Notes: a model not told the origin generated them from the sequence alone. A DNA stretch of 63,863 nt, filler included, from Asterionella formosa (GCA_002256025.1; 14 parts of 14 records of this genome joined end to end with filler, not necessarily neighbours in it); one strand, 5' to 3'. Positions 41,390 through 54,978 are shown, numbered from the whole stretch's first letter. Numbers and translations: made by a program.

Positions 41390-42472
41390 CCTTCATCGAT
41401 CGGTTGTTATCATTAGATCATAAGTTGGATCATTACTTGATAAAAAAGTAACGGTTTTGTATCAACAATGGTGCCATTGTTGGAACGATTAATTTTTGTG
41501 TGCATTGATAAATAAATAAATTGAATGTATAATACTAAGGGAACACAGCCTGATGCAACAACAAAAACTGTTTGATAAAAGTACAGTATGCATATTAACA
41601 TGTATACTTATGTTTATGATCAATCACGCAAAAAGTTATTGAATCAATAACTTTTTTGTGTGATCAATAACTTGTCATTTATGATGATCAATCAAAAAAA
41701 TCGTCATACTACGATAATTTTGGGGCAGTCGACAATTAAGCAAAAATTTTAGGCCTAACGCATTTTTCATTCATAGACAAGGAATTCATGTGTCGGCTGG
41801 GCGCTTTGAGTTAAACTGGGAACGGAAGCACTGGACGATATTAGTACTAGGAAGAAAAGATGAGCTAAGGAGAAGGAGAGCGAGGGAGAGAGCGAATAAG
41901 AAAGTTTTGGATTATACAACAACATTGACCAAGGTGCAAGCGATCAGAGCACTTAAAAAGCAAACAGTCACAAAAATGGATGATGTCTCAAACAAAAACA
42001 ATGTTTTCATGGTAAAAACGAATTGGCAATGCGCCAGCCATTACCTGCAACACTAGGTATGTCGTTACTACAATTGGATGTGATGATGCAACAGTCCCAC
42101 TTGCCGGAGCTATACTGCCACCAGCAGCCTCAGCTGAAGAGGATGACAGCGGAATTGTGATATATATGTTTGCAAAAGATATCGATGTCAGTTGACACAA
42201 GAAATTGGAGAAGATGTGGAAAACGAGGTAATATTTTCCAACCATTACCATTAAAAAATACATATACATGAAAAAGATATTTCAATGGCTTGCTTAAAAC
42301 CACTAAAATGCAAAATGAACGACATAAAAATTTCGATGCTCTAAGATGTATACTTCAAATTGTTAAAATGATTCATTGCTTTTATTCAATAATACTTGCA
42401 TGCATTAGTCGACCTATATTCAAAGGGTGGGCTAAACATTTTTCTAATTTTTGTCCAAAAACGGGTTAGTAT

Positions 42473-42650
42473 TGTTGAGGGGCACCTTATCGTGAGTAAA
42501 GATGAGCTAAAAATTCTATGAAAATTCTATTGCTGTCATGAGTGCATTGTTATTAGCACTCATGCATGTACCTACTCCGGTGATTACACTGGTATGGTTC
42601 ATACGGCGCATGTTCCTACTACGGAATGATACCATACTCCGATATTATCA
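42473..42650 (-). mobile_element. Solo Copia LTR
   Basis: TG...CA ends, similarity to LTR 6475-6655, near-perfect 5-bp TSD AGTAT/AATAT. Confidence 0.75.
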
Positions 42651-42705
42651 AATATAGTTGTGGTCTTAGGCAGTTTTTTTTATGGTACCTGGTACCGCAG
42701 GAGTA

Positions 42706-42800
42706 CCTGCAAGTTGCGGTCATTTTGCTTAAATAGAAAATTTTATCAAGGATAAAGACATTTAAATCTTTAATTCAGCAAAGTGACCGAAACTTGCTGG
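42706..42800. mobile_element. 95-bp Tc1/mariner-type MITE with CCWG-GCAAGTTGCGG TIRs
   Basis: TA|CCTGCAAGTTGCGGTCATTTTGCT...AGCAAAGTGACCGAAACTTGCTGG|TA. Confidence 0.8.
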
Positions 42801-44369
42801 TACCGGTATGTACAGTCCCCTGGTACCTGGAGAAGTATCTAGCTAGACGAAGTAGTTTTATTCATTGAATATATGAGCGTATTAGTGAATCCTTGTGTGC
42901 AAATTGTTTCTAAGTCGACACACCAAAGTATACAACAAGGGTTAGTCGAGTTCTCTCATTATTGAGTTCTGATGTATAAGATATAACTCTAACCCTAGTA
43001 GCTATATACATCTGCATTGATATGCGGGATCTCTCACTCTCCCACACCAAGGGAAAACCTTTTACGTATGAAAAGGTTTGATGCGTTGAATATTAATTAA
43101 TGTCGTAATATGCATAGTAGTTTGTTGAAAAGTCACTGTACCATTGGCATGATGTACTTGAATAATAGAATAAGGACCTCATCACCGGTCATCCAAGGTG
43201 GTCGGATCATCCAATAGGATTAAAATTTCGTCATTCACTTTGTAATCACAAGATCCTCGCTGAGGGAAATAAGCACAGCGTAGACATTCGTCAATTATAA
43301 CAATGCATTCCTGGGTGGAGGTTCACCAAAACCAGCACCAGGTGATTTTGTACGTACTTTGAAGGTTTCGGCCCAATATCATCCCCCACCAACAGAGACT
43401 CAAGCATCGCAAGGCAAGAGATGGAATCTGCTATAGTTACCATTACTATCAGTACCCTGCACATCGTGAAAAGTAAGAAAATATTTTTCAATGTAAAGCC
43501 TCCACCGGAGAACACATTTAGTGTGCAGGGTAGTATAAATAAAATTATGATGATCAGTGTGAACAGGTAAAATTATCAATCAAATCTTATAGTACGAAAA
43601 AGCTATCCAATAATCGTACTCGTGCCCAAATAAATGAATAAATAGACACAATTAGTCCTGGTTTTATTCGTCCATACGGTACCATGGGACCTGTCTTCTC
43701 GTCAGCCGCACCCCCTTGTATAAACAATTTAATATCGGATAAAGGTAGCTAAAGTTTTAGTTTCAGCACAATTACCGAGGCGCAACTTGCTGGTACAGTA
43801 GCAGGTACCTAGTCGTAGATACCAATCACTTCGTCAGTGGTGCCAGCAATAGCTAACAGCTACCAGGCACCAGGTACCGGTATGCCGGGAGCGATGGCTG
43901 GTCGCCATGATCAAACCCTACTGGTATTAATTAGTTACGACGTACAATGACCATAACGGTAGTTAAGTCCTAATAGATAGGAGTACCTGGGTACTTCTCT
44001 ACCTACTCCCGTTGCTAATATGTTGTAAATAAGAAGGGTGTGGCCAACAGATAGGTAGGTACATGTGTACATAGGTCGATGCATAAAAGTAACGATAGAA
44101 TATACTATTGCTTTGTAGTATGCTGAGTTTGTATGTAGCCATTCGAAGAGCATCTGCTTGCTGAGTAGGAGTACCATTTAGTCCTACTACAGTACCTGGT
44201 ACCCAAGAGGTAAAGGTACAAGGTACATAAACTCATACTGTAAGCTACTTTTAACTCTTAGAACTAAGCATTTGTACCGGTACTTCAACTTGCTTACGTA
44301 CGCAAGTTGGCCAACGCGATGCGAATATGATGATGTTTGCTATAGTAGTTGTTCGGGGTTGCAAAGAAA

Positions 44370-44396
44370 TGACGTAAGCCTGACGAAACGACGTCA
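44370..44396 (+). promoter_or_regulatory. Candidate CO2/cAMP-responsive (CCRE-like) bZIP sites
   Basis: TGACGT (44370), TGACGA (44381) and ACGTCA (44391) clustered ~220-240 bp upstream of the carbonic anhydrase ATG. Confidence 0.45.
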
Positions 44397-44610
44397 GCAA
44401 GAAATCGCACTACGGCAGGAACACATGAATTTAAATGGGCAACTACGTAGATATGTCGTCAGCACATTCCAGTATATACAGTGATGTACAACGTTGTGAT
44501 CTGATGATGGTACCTGGTGTCAGGTACCAGGTACAACATAGTAAGTACGCTGATGAAACTAATCAAAGCTCACAAATTTGGTTTCTTGCGCATCTCGAAA
44601 AACCGCAAGC

Positions 44611-45885
44611 ATGAAGTCTCTCATACCTGTTTGCGCTTTACTGGCCACTTCCCTGTATGACGTATCTGCCTTCGGTTTTCTCACAAAGCCATTCGCTGCT
44701 AAGGTGAAGAGTGAGTCCTGTGTCCTTTTTGCTGTACTTGGATTTTGGATAATTCATGTTCCTAACACATTGTCATTCCTTCTCCTTTTGATTTCGTTGT
44801 CAAAAACATAGCTCCTTCAGCTGAAACCGGTCTGAACCCAATACCAGCTTCTGCATCGGTCGATAAAGTCAAACTTCAGACCCCGGTTACCTTTCTCTCT
44901 GCCATCAGTGAAGAAGAAGTGCTAAATGCTCAAAAAGCATGGGGTGATAGTCTTGTTAAAATTTCTCTAGAATACGAAATGAACGGCTTCGCAGCAGCCA
45001 AGGAATTAGCAGAGAAAGAGATCGACATTCTCTATGGATACAAGTATGGACCAGTGCTTTTCAAGCCAACACTTTCTAGTGGAGACCAGACATTCAGAAC
45101 CACCAAGGAGGGTGCCCTTGCATACTTCGTTGGTGGTGATCCAAACTTCCCAAACGACACTGGTTTTGCTCTGAAGAACTGGCGCAAAGTTGAGATCGAG
45201 AATGCATCCATTGTCATCTATGGTACAACTGCCTCAACCTTAGGGAATGTTGTCCTATACAACAGCAATGGTGATGCAACTGTGGTTGATAAGAGTTGGA
45301 AGTTCTTCAAAGGCCTCGATGGATTGAAGATTATTGGTCACCACTCATCATTACCATTTGAACCATCACCTGAAAAGATTACTGAAGATGACGTTCTTGA
45401 TTTGCAGAGGCAATGGGGTGAGGCACTTGTTGCCATTTCTGACAAGTATGAGGCAGAAGGCTATGAAGCTGCTAAGGAACTGGCAACTAAAGTTGTTGAT
45501 ACTGCCTATGGCTACCAGTATGGACCAGTTCTCTTCAAACCTACACTTGCAAGTGGTGACCAGACATTCCGCACTACCCGTGAGGGTGCTATTTCTTACT
45601 TTGTTGGTGGAAATCCTGAATATCCCAATGACAAAGGATTTGCTATCCAGGGATGGACTAATGTTGAAGTTGAAAATGCTGCCCTCAAAATCGATGGAAG
45701 CACCGGCACAAGTGTTGGACTTGTCAAAATCACCAACAAGGATGGCAGTGTTACTACGGTTGAAAAGACCTGGACTTTTCTCAAGGCTAAGGATGGAAAA
45801 GTGGTTTTCACTGGACATCATTCATCCCTCCCATACGTTCCTGCCAAGGCCGTTATTACTGAACAGGAAGTACTTGACATGCAAG
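44611..45885 (+). CDS. Plastid-targeted multi-domain iota-class (COG4337-type) carbonic anhydrase, 3' truncated; intron 44711-44811 (alternative acceptor 44820)
   Basis: MKSL...VSA-FG bipartite presequence; two complete tandem domains with VLxxQxxWG, FKPTL, YFVGG, GFA and GHHSSLP, plus the start of a third (ITEQEVLDMQ); intron phase fits the frame. Confidence 0.85.
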
Positions 45886-45985
45886 NNNNNNNNNNNNNNN
45901 NNNNNNNNNNNNNNNNNNNNNNNNNNNNNTTAATTAATTAANNNNNNNNNNNNNNNNNNNNNNNNNNNNNNNNNNNNNNNNNNNN

Positions 45986-47384
45986 GTAATATTCCATCGT
46001 GTGGATGCAAGAACAATTGTGATTCAAATGAAGACTGCCTGGATGTGTCAACTTTGTCAGCACCATTGTGTTCATTGTTTATCATCATTTCATTCCTCAT
46101 TCCATTCAACTGGTCCTTAATTCCCTCTAGGTTTGATCCAACAACCTTCTGAATTAACTGAACCATTCGAGACTCCGACAATACACCTCCAAATGTCCGA
46201 TCATCAAGCATTTTTTCGAATTCCTTTAGCAGTGATGGTCCAAGTGCCTGTAGTTCGCCTCTCATGCTCCTGATGGCTGCAAGATGGGCAACATGAGGAG
46301 GTATACCTGTTAACTTCACAGCAAATGAGGATTCTTCCTCACATGAAAGATATCGAACAACAATATCTCATCAAGTGCCAAAAACTCCCTTGATGTGTAG
46401 ATAGCAGTCTTACTCACTGCCGACTTGTCAGTACGAAGTTGTTGGAGATGTTTTCTGTGGTGCAGGATACATGCTAGTCCAACACGAAGAAATGGAAGCA
46501 CCATAACTTGCCGGTGAATCACATCACCAAACAGGGAACGTAAAGCCAGAATCACTTTTCCATCAAGCTCTGTTTGCTTTACTCGTGCATTTGCATCATT
46601 GGGGTTTCGAATCCAAAAGTTTGGTTCTGAAACCGCAAAACGAGCAGATAGCACTGGCAATCCAGCCAATATTCGACCAACATAGTGGTCACCTGCCTTT
46701 TCATAAAGCATATAGACATCTCGCACAGTGCCTAATGTCCAACCACCTCGATTGTTGATTGCTACACTTGATGGACTTGCTGTAGAGCCACTCGATGCAT
46801 ATGTTGTTGCACCCTTCCTGATGCTGTGAGTACCAATATCCTCCACCTCATATCCATCTAGATCGCCTTCATGTCCATGTAACAACCTCTTGATAATTTT
46901 TCTGGATCGATCTTCCTGCTCTGCACCAGGAAACAATAGACCATCTGTATCTTGTAGAATTTCCGGAAAGCATGTCATGTACTCAAACAATGCAGTTATT
47001 GGGCACAATGCAAAATCTTCAGGGTTGGTGTAGCAGTGTCGGGGCTTGAAATTCTTGGAGCCATCTTGATCATTTTTTGTATGAGAAAATCGAATCCCCA
47101 CAGCATCTTGACTCCAAACCAAATGCTTGATACAGACACCATCAGTACTATCAACACGGCACATCAAATTCCAAGTTAGACATAAAAATGCACGTGCAAA
47201 AACAGCTGATGGAGAGCCATCTTCAATCAACCATATGCTTATTTTTCGGTACAGGTCGATTGTCAATTCACGTTTTCCTTCCTCAAGGCTATCCATCCCA
47301 TCTTATTTTGCCTTACTTGCAATTCGTTTGACGCCAGCAATTAGATCTTTCAGCTCATCATCAAAGTCGTCTGTAACCTTCATC
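45986..47384 (-). pseudogene. Crypton-like tyrosine recombinase, disrupted copy
   Basis: Near-identical to 47485-48884 but with CAA>TAA near 47304 and a 1-bp deletion near 46366. Confidence 0.75.
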
Positions 47385-47484
47385 NNNNNNNNNNNNNNNN
47401 NNNNNNNNNNNNNNNNNNNNNNNNNNNNTTAATTAATTAANNNNNNNNNNNNNNNNNNNNNNNNNNNNNNNNNNNNNNNNNNNN

Positions 47485-48884
47485 GTAATATTCCATCGTG
47501 TGGATGCAAGAACAATTGTGATTCAAATGAAGACTGCCTGGATGTGTCAACTTTGTCAGCACCATTGTGTTCATTGTTTATCATCATTTCATTCCTCATT
47601 CCATTCAACTGGTCCTTAATTCCCTCTAGGTTTGATCCAACAACCTTCTGAATTAACTGAACCATTCGAGACTCCGACAATACACCTCCAAATGTCCGAT
47701 CATCAAGCATTTTTTCGAATTCCTTTAGCAGTGATGGTCCAAGTGCCTGTAGTTCGCCTCTCATGCTCCTGATGGCTGCAAGATGGGCAACATGAGGAGG
47801 TATACCTGTTAACTTCACAGCAAATGAGGATTCTTCCTCACATGAAAGATATCGAACAACAATATGTTCATCAAGTGCCAAAAACTCCCTTGATGTGTAG
47901 ATAGCAGTCTTACTCACTGCCGACTTGTCAGTACAAAGTTGTTGGAGATGTTTTCTGTGGTGCAGGATACATGCTAGTCCAACACAAAGAAATGGAAGCA
48001 CCATAACTTGCCGGTGAATCACATCACCAAACAGGGAACGTAAAGCCAGAATCACTTTTCCATCAAGCTCTGTTTGCTTTACTCGTGCATTTGCATCATT
48101 GGGGTTTCGAATCCAAAAGTTTGGTTCTGAAACCGCAAAACGAGCAGATAGCACCGTCAATCCAGCCAATATTCGACCAACATAGTGGTCACCTGCCTTT
48201 TCATAAAGCATATAGACATCTCGCACAATGCCTAATGTCCAACCACCTCGATTGTTGATTGCTACACTTGATGGACTTGCTGTAGAGCCACTCGATGCAT
48301 ATGTTGTTGCACCCTTCCTGATGCTGTGAGTACCAATATCCTCCACCTCATATCCATCTAGATCGCCTTCATGTCCATGTAGCAACCTCTTGATAATTTT
48401 TCTGAATCGATCTTCCTGCTCTGCACCAGGAAACAATAGACCATCTGTATCTTGTAGAATTTCCGGAAAGCATGTCATGTACTCAAACAATGCAGTTATT
48501 GGGCACAATGCAAAATCTTCAGGGTTGGTGTAGCAGTGTCGGGGCTTGAAATTCTTGGAGCCATCTTGATCATTTTTTGTATGAGAAAATCGAATCCCCA
48601 CAGCATCTTGACTCCAAACCAAATGCTTGATACAGACACCATCAGTACTATCAACACGGCAAATCAAATTCCAAGTTAGACATAAAAATGCACGTGCAAA
48701 AACAGCTGATGGAGAGCCATCTTCAATCAACCATATGCTTATTTTTCGGTACAGGTCGATTGTCAATTCACGTTTACCTTCCTCAAGGCTACCCATCCCA
48801 TCTTGTTTTGCCTTACTTGCAATTCGTTTGACGCCAGCAATGAGATCTTTCAGCTCATCATCAAAGTCGTCTGTAACCTTCATC
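47485..48884 (-). CDS. Crypton-like tyrosine recombinase, open at both contig ends
   Basis: Catalytic set R (NLICR), K (HTKND), HxxR (THSIRKG), W (RGGW) and Y (VRDVY); no RT on the contig. Confidence 0.8.
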
Positions 48885-48984
48885 NNNNNNNNNNNNNNNN
48901 NNNNNNNNNNNNNNNNNNNNNNNNNNNNTTAATTAATTAANNNNNNNNNNNNNNNNNNNNNNNNNNNNNNNNNNNNNNNNNNNN

Positions 48985-50383
<1,399 letters not shown>

Positions 50384-50483
50384 NNNNNNNNNNNNNNNNN
50401 NNNNNNNNNNNNNNNNNNNNNNNNNNNTTAATTAATTAANNNNNNNNNNNNNNNNNNNNNNNNNNNNNNNNNNNNNNNNNNNN

Positions 50484-51663
50484 ACCAGTTCAAGCATCTA
50501 ATACCTCAATGTTTGCCCCAGCGCCCAGCCCATTCAGTGCGGCAACCACACAAACCAACTCTCTATTTGGTGCTGTGCAACCCCCACGAGCCTCGCCAAG
50601 TCCGTTCGGCGGAGCATCTTCACAAACCGTCAGTCCATTTGGAGCAGCACCATCCCAAACGCAAAACAAATTGTTTGCTTCGGTGCCAACTGCATTTAGT
50701 GGGACAACAACACAAACTACCTCTCCATTTGGAGTTGCATCATCACAAACGCAAAACTCTATGTTTGCGCCGGCGCCTAATCCATTTGGCGGAGAGCCAT
50801 CCCAAGAACATAGACCATTTGGGGCGACGACTCTATTCGGTGTAGCGCAAGGTCCGAGTTCATTCGGGGGACCATCGCAAGCTCTATCCAAGACGAATAT
50901 GGACGGTGGCTTTGCACCAGTGATCACTTCAGCTCCTAGCCCATTTGGATCGACTCCATTTAATGGAAACACACAAGCTCCAAGTCCATTTGGTAGCAGC
51001 AACGGACCCCGTCAGAGCAATTCTGGAAAGGGGAAAGGACCATGTAGATTCTTTGCCCAAGGAAAATGTCGCAATGGAAACGATTGCCCCTTTTCCCATG
51101 ACACACTTGATGGCAGTTGTGGAGACTTTCAACCGCAAGCCAACGCCAGTAACGCTGCGCAATTTGGAGGCCAATTGAACAACGCTCCCTTTGGCCAACC
51201 ACAATCAAAAGATGTGACTCCCTTTGGAGGCGTCGCTTTAAACTCACCGTTCGGCCACAAGCAAGAATCTGCACCATTTGAAATGTCGTTAAACAATACA
51301 ACGTTTGTTCAGCAATCCACACCATTTGGAACTCCTTACAATAACACCCCCTTCGGCCAAAACCAGCAGCAATCGACACCTTTCGGAAGGACAGTGACCA
51401 ACACGTCAAATCTTAATTCGTTGGGTGGTGGAGCTAGCATTAATTTCAGCGGGAACACAAGTCAAGGTAGTAGCACAACCCAAGGAAGTAATAACCCCAA
51501 CAACAGAAAGACAGTTCCTTGCCATTTCTTTGCCCAAGGAACTTGTCGTAATGGTGATAACTGTGCATTTTCGCATGATACTCAGGGGGGTACAGGAGGT
51601 CCAAGCCCGTTCGTGGCGAATAATTCAGGAAACAACAATCCATTTGGGGGACCTCGTAGGTAA
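50484..51663 (+). CDS. FG-repeat protein with two CCCH zinc fingers (nucleoporin-like), 5' truncated
   Basis: Many (S/T)PFG repeats; CRFFAQGKCRNGNDCPFSH and CHFFAQGTCRNGDNCAFSH. Confidence 0.75.
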
Positions 51664-51665
51664 AA

Positions 51666-51882
51666 TCAAATAAGTTTATGTTTCCTTGCGATTGTCATGA
51701 TCTTCTTGAACTGCTGGTGAGCACCCTCGGCATTCTGGACCCCAATCACTGCAACCTTGATATTTTTTCCAATAGCCTGGCCAAGTTTTCTCTTGTTGAA
51801 CTCAAAAAATATAGGAATACTCTCCTGACTAGACAAATCCAAAATCTCCTGGAGCTTATCATCCAGAGCACCGTACTCATCT
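51666..51882 (-). CDS. SECISBP2: C-terminus of a SECIS-binding protein 2-like L7Ae domain (not in the ORF track)
   Basis: Reads GALDDKLQEILDLSSQESIPIFFEFNKRKLGQAIGKNIKVAVIGVQNAEGAHQQFKKI...*. Confidence 0.7.
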
Positions 51883-51982
51883 NNNNNNNNNNNNNNNNNN
51901 NNNNNNNNNNNNNNNNNNNNNNNNNNTTAATTAATTAANNNNNNNNNNNNNNNNNNNNNNNNNNNNNNNNNNNNNNNNNNNN

Positions 51983-52503
51983 CTACCTTTCGACCGTAGA
52001 CGTTGGTTGAGTTTTGTAGTAGGAGAGCTGCTTGTGAAAAGTTCGGTGTGCCATCACTGGAGAAAAGAGACGCAGCTCCAGCAGCAGTTTCAGGGTCAAG
52101 GCCAACAATGTCTTGAAGATAGTCTTCGAGGCTTTGGTGTAAAACAGAGAAATGAAAAGGTGAGCAAAGAAAAGTTCATGTAGAAAACGAAGCTGCCGAG
52201 TTCGTGGGTCTCCATGGTTCTAATATCATGATGTCTTCCTATGTAATGATGAGTATACGGGTTGTATGCGTGTCGATTGCTCGATCAGAGTGCACCGGTA
52301 ACTGAACTGTATTTGTATTTGCCTTTGCTTGGCAACCAAATAGCATCAATTTTACGGAATCTAATCTTTCTGCTTCTGTGAATGACTTACTATGAAGCAA
52401 TATCGACATCCCAATTCTTAGCCAAATCTCGGAGAGGCTGCAAATTTGCGAGAGCAGCCTCGAGCTTCTGATGAGTACCGTCGCTTGCGTCCATCAACAT
52501 CAT
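51983..52503 (-). CDS. NCAPH2: Condensin II kleisin subunit H2, N-terminal part; exons 52391-52503 and 51983-52131
   Basis: LQPLRDLAKNWDVDIASY|LEDYLQ...NFSQAALLLQNSTNVYGRKV across a GTAAGT...AAG intron at 52132-52390. Confidence 0.85.
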
Positions 52504-53190
52504 GGTGCAAAATTAAAACGGCGTTTTTGGCAACCGTGTAAAATCCAAATAGTTTGTCTACAGTGGAACCGTATTTATTATTACATACGTCTATGTATAT
52601 ACTAATTACTGGATCATGCACAGACTAGTTATTACCGGTATATGTCCTGTTTACCATAATGCATGATGCAGTATTTAGTCTATTGGTACCTGGTCCAAGA
52701 AGATAAAGGCGTTATTTAGTACCGGTAATACGAAAGGGCGACTCGATTTGAATTTACCAGGTACCAGGTAGCTACCGGTACTTTATGTACTGCTCGCGAG
52801 ACAGTGGAAAGTAATTTGAATGTCGAAGACTACCGGTATTATTATGTAGGAACCACAGCTGCACTCCGCAGGAGTACAACAACAGCCAGCGAGTCAAGGC
52901 CACTGATGAATACCTTCGGTACCTGGTACCTGGTACTACGCAAAAATTCAGAAACGACGGAATCATAAAATATATATATCGGATTATCTTTTTCATACTA
53001 CCTGGGTATTGGTGTAATGTTTTACTCAGAGTACTACTACATAGGTTCTAAGTTCTACAGGTAAATATACAGCTACATATGTATCACATTCGCGCATACA
53101 AGGGTTGTCAACTCAACGACAGCTGTCTTGATTGTGAAGCAATGAAACGATCTGAGAACATTATTAGTTTGCTTGCCCAAAGATTGAACC

Positions 53191-53380
53191 ATGACTTCGT
53201 CTTGGATTGAGATCGCTGAAGATTCGGATTTTTCGTTGGAAAACATTCCCTTTGGCGTTTTCTCGACTCGGGAAAAGCTTCTGCCCCGCTGTGCAACAGC
53301 AATTGGAGACACAGTTGTGGATCTATCCATCTTGGCAGAATCCGGCATGCTTGATGATATACCCAATTTCTCGCCGCGAT
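53191..53380 (+). CDS. FAH: Fumarylacetoacetase N-terminus, truncated by gap
   Basis: SDFSLENIPFGVFST...PRCATAIGDTVVDL. Confidence 0.85.
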
Positions 53381-53480
53381 NNNNNNNNNNNNNNNNNNNN
53401 NNNNNNNNNNNNNNNNNNNNNNNNTTAATTAATTAANNNNNNNNNNNNNNNNNNNNNNNNNNNNNNNNNNNNNNNNNNNN

Positions 53481-54500
53481 ATTTCAGGAGAATGAGGAGC
53501 AAAATACGACACTGAATGGAACTGTGACTCTGTAGAAATAGAGTCTTCATCCGCAATGAAGAACTGTTTGGGTTTCCATGCTCTTCAAAAGCAATCTTTC
53601 CTTCTTTTCAATCTCTGCCACTATTGTATCGGCATACTTGCTTCATTATTACTATTTTCTGGAGTATTATGAATCTGTTCAAATTCATTTGTTATTTGAG
53701 TGTATTCAAAGGAATCTTCGATTGATTTCATAAGTTTCTTCATCTTCTTTTCCGAAAACATAAAGTCATGTAGTGTAAACAATGGAAGTAAGTCTCGTTT
53801 CTTGTTTGACTGATTCTTTCCATGAAATTCGTGAAATGCCATTTGGAAAGTTGTCAAAGGGCCAGAAGACTATGATGTACTAAAGCAGTGGAAGGGAAAC
53901 GCGGAGCTTTTCGCGGAGCTTTTTGCTGCGCTTGTGGAGGTGGAACTGGTGTGATGGTAACCGAGTGTAGTAATTGTTGAACAGAGCTCAGTGTAATATG
54001 CATGTTCCGCCAGCATAGTGTTTACACAATACACATGCCGGCATATATATAGCTAAAACAAGGAAAAACGACACAACAGTGAATGTGATGGCTGGTTGTT
54101 GAGGATACCGGTATGTGATATGCATCAATCCATGTCACAAATCATATTATAGTGATGTACATTTAAACGCATCCGTAAACTTAGATCCTATCCAGTGTAT
54201 AATACTATCATATTAACTGTTGACTTTAACTGTATACATTAAATGACAAACATATATATTAATTAACATACTTTAAGATTGCTTGATTTATTTTCTATGA
54301 TGTATCGATACCACTTGCGTAAATATTTTATCGTATTTTATTGTCATTGTACTATTTTAACATGATCATATTTTGATCAAAATTATATCATAAACATTTT
54401 AAGAAATCATCACAGTTCTATGATCAATGCATCATAGCTATGTGATATACTTTATTCAATATTACGTATCATACTTTGGTGATGTATGCATCGATGTAAA
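53481..54500 (-). repeat. Further copy of the large unclassified element (homologous to ~28200-29350)
   Basis: Peptide TTFQMAFH...LHDFMFSEKKMKKLMKS and the upstream non-coding block match 28200-28980 and 39200-39500. Confidence 0.75.
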
Positions 54501-54978
54501 CCTATCGTGATATCACATTATCATCTTATCAATGTACGTATTATGTCTATGTATCTGTACATTCCACTGGCAGTTTGTTTTTGACAATGCTTTATGGAAA
54601 AATATATTTATGTATGTATATTTTTTTTTGAACCGGCTTTATATTCACATGTATAGAGATGTATTCATTGAAGTATTTGATTTATTTTGTTTGTTAAGTT
54701 TTTACGGGTGTTCTCATGTTATCGGTAGTTGGTACTTTGATTTTTGCCAGGTAATATGTACGAGGTAATATATTATGTTAGTTGCGGTACTTGCTGTTTT
54801 GACCAATGTATTGTATGTAATCCGTGTTATTGATTGTCTGATGTCGTCTTTTTTGCTGTACCGGTAGTTTCGTTATTTNNNNNNNNNNNNNNNNNNNNNN
54901 NNNNNNNNNNNNNNNNNNNNNNTTAATTAATTAANNNNNNNNNNNNNNNNNNNNNNNNNNNNNNNNNNNNNNNNNNNN

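Noticed and set aside
42895..43045. Second solo LTR (TG...CA)
   Set aside because: No TSD and no second copy in the window
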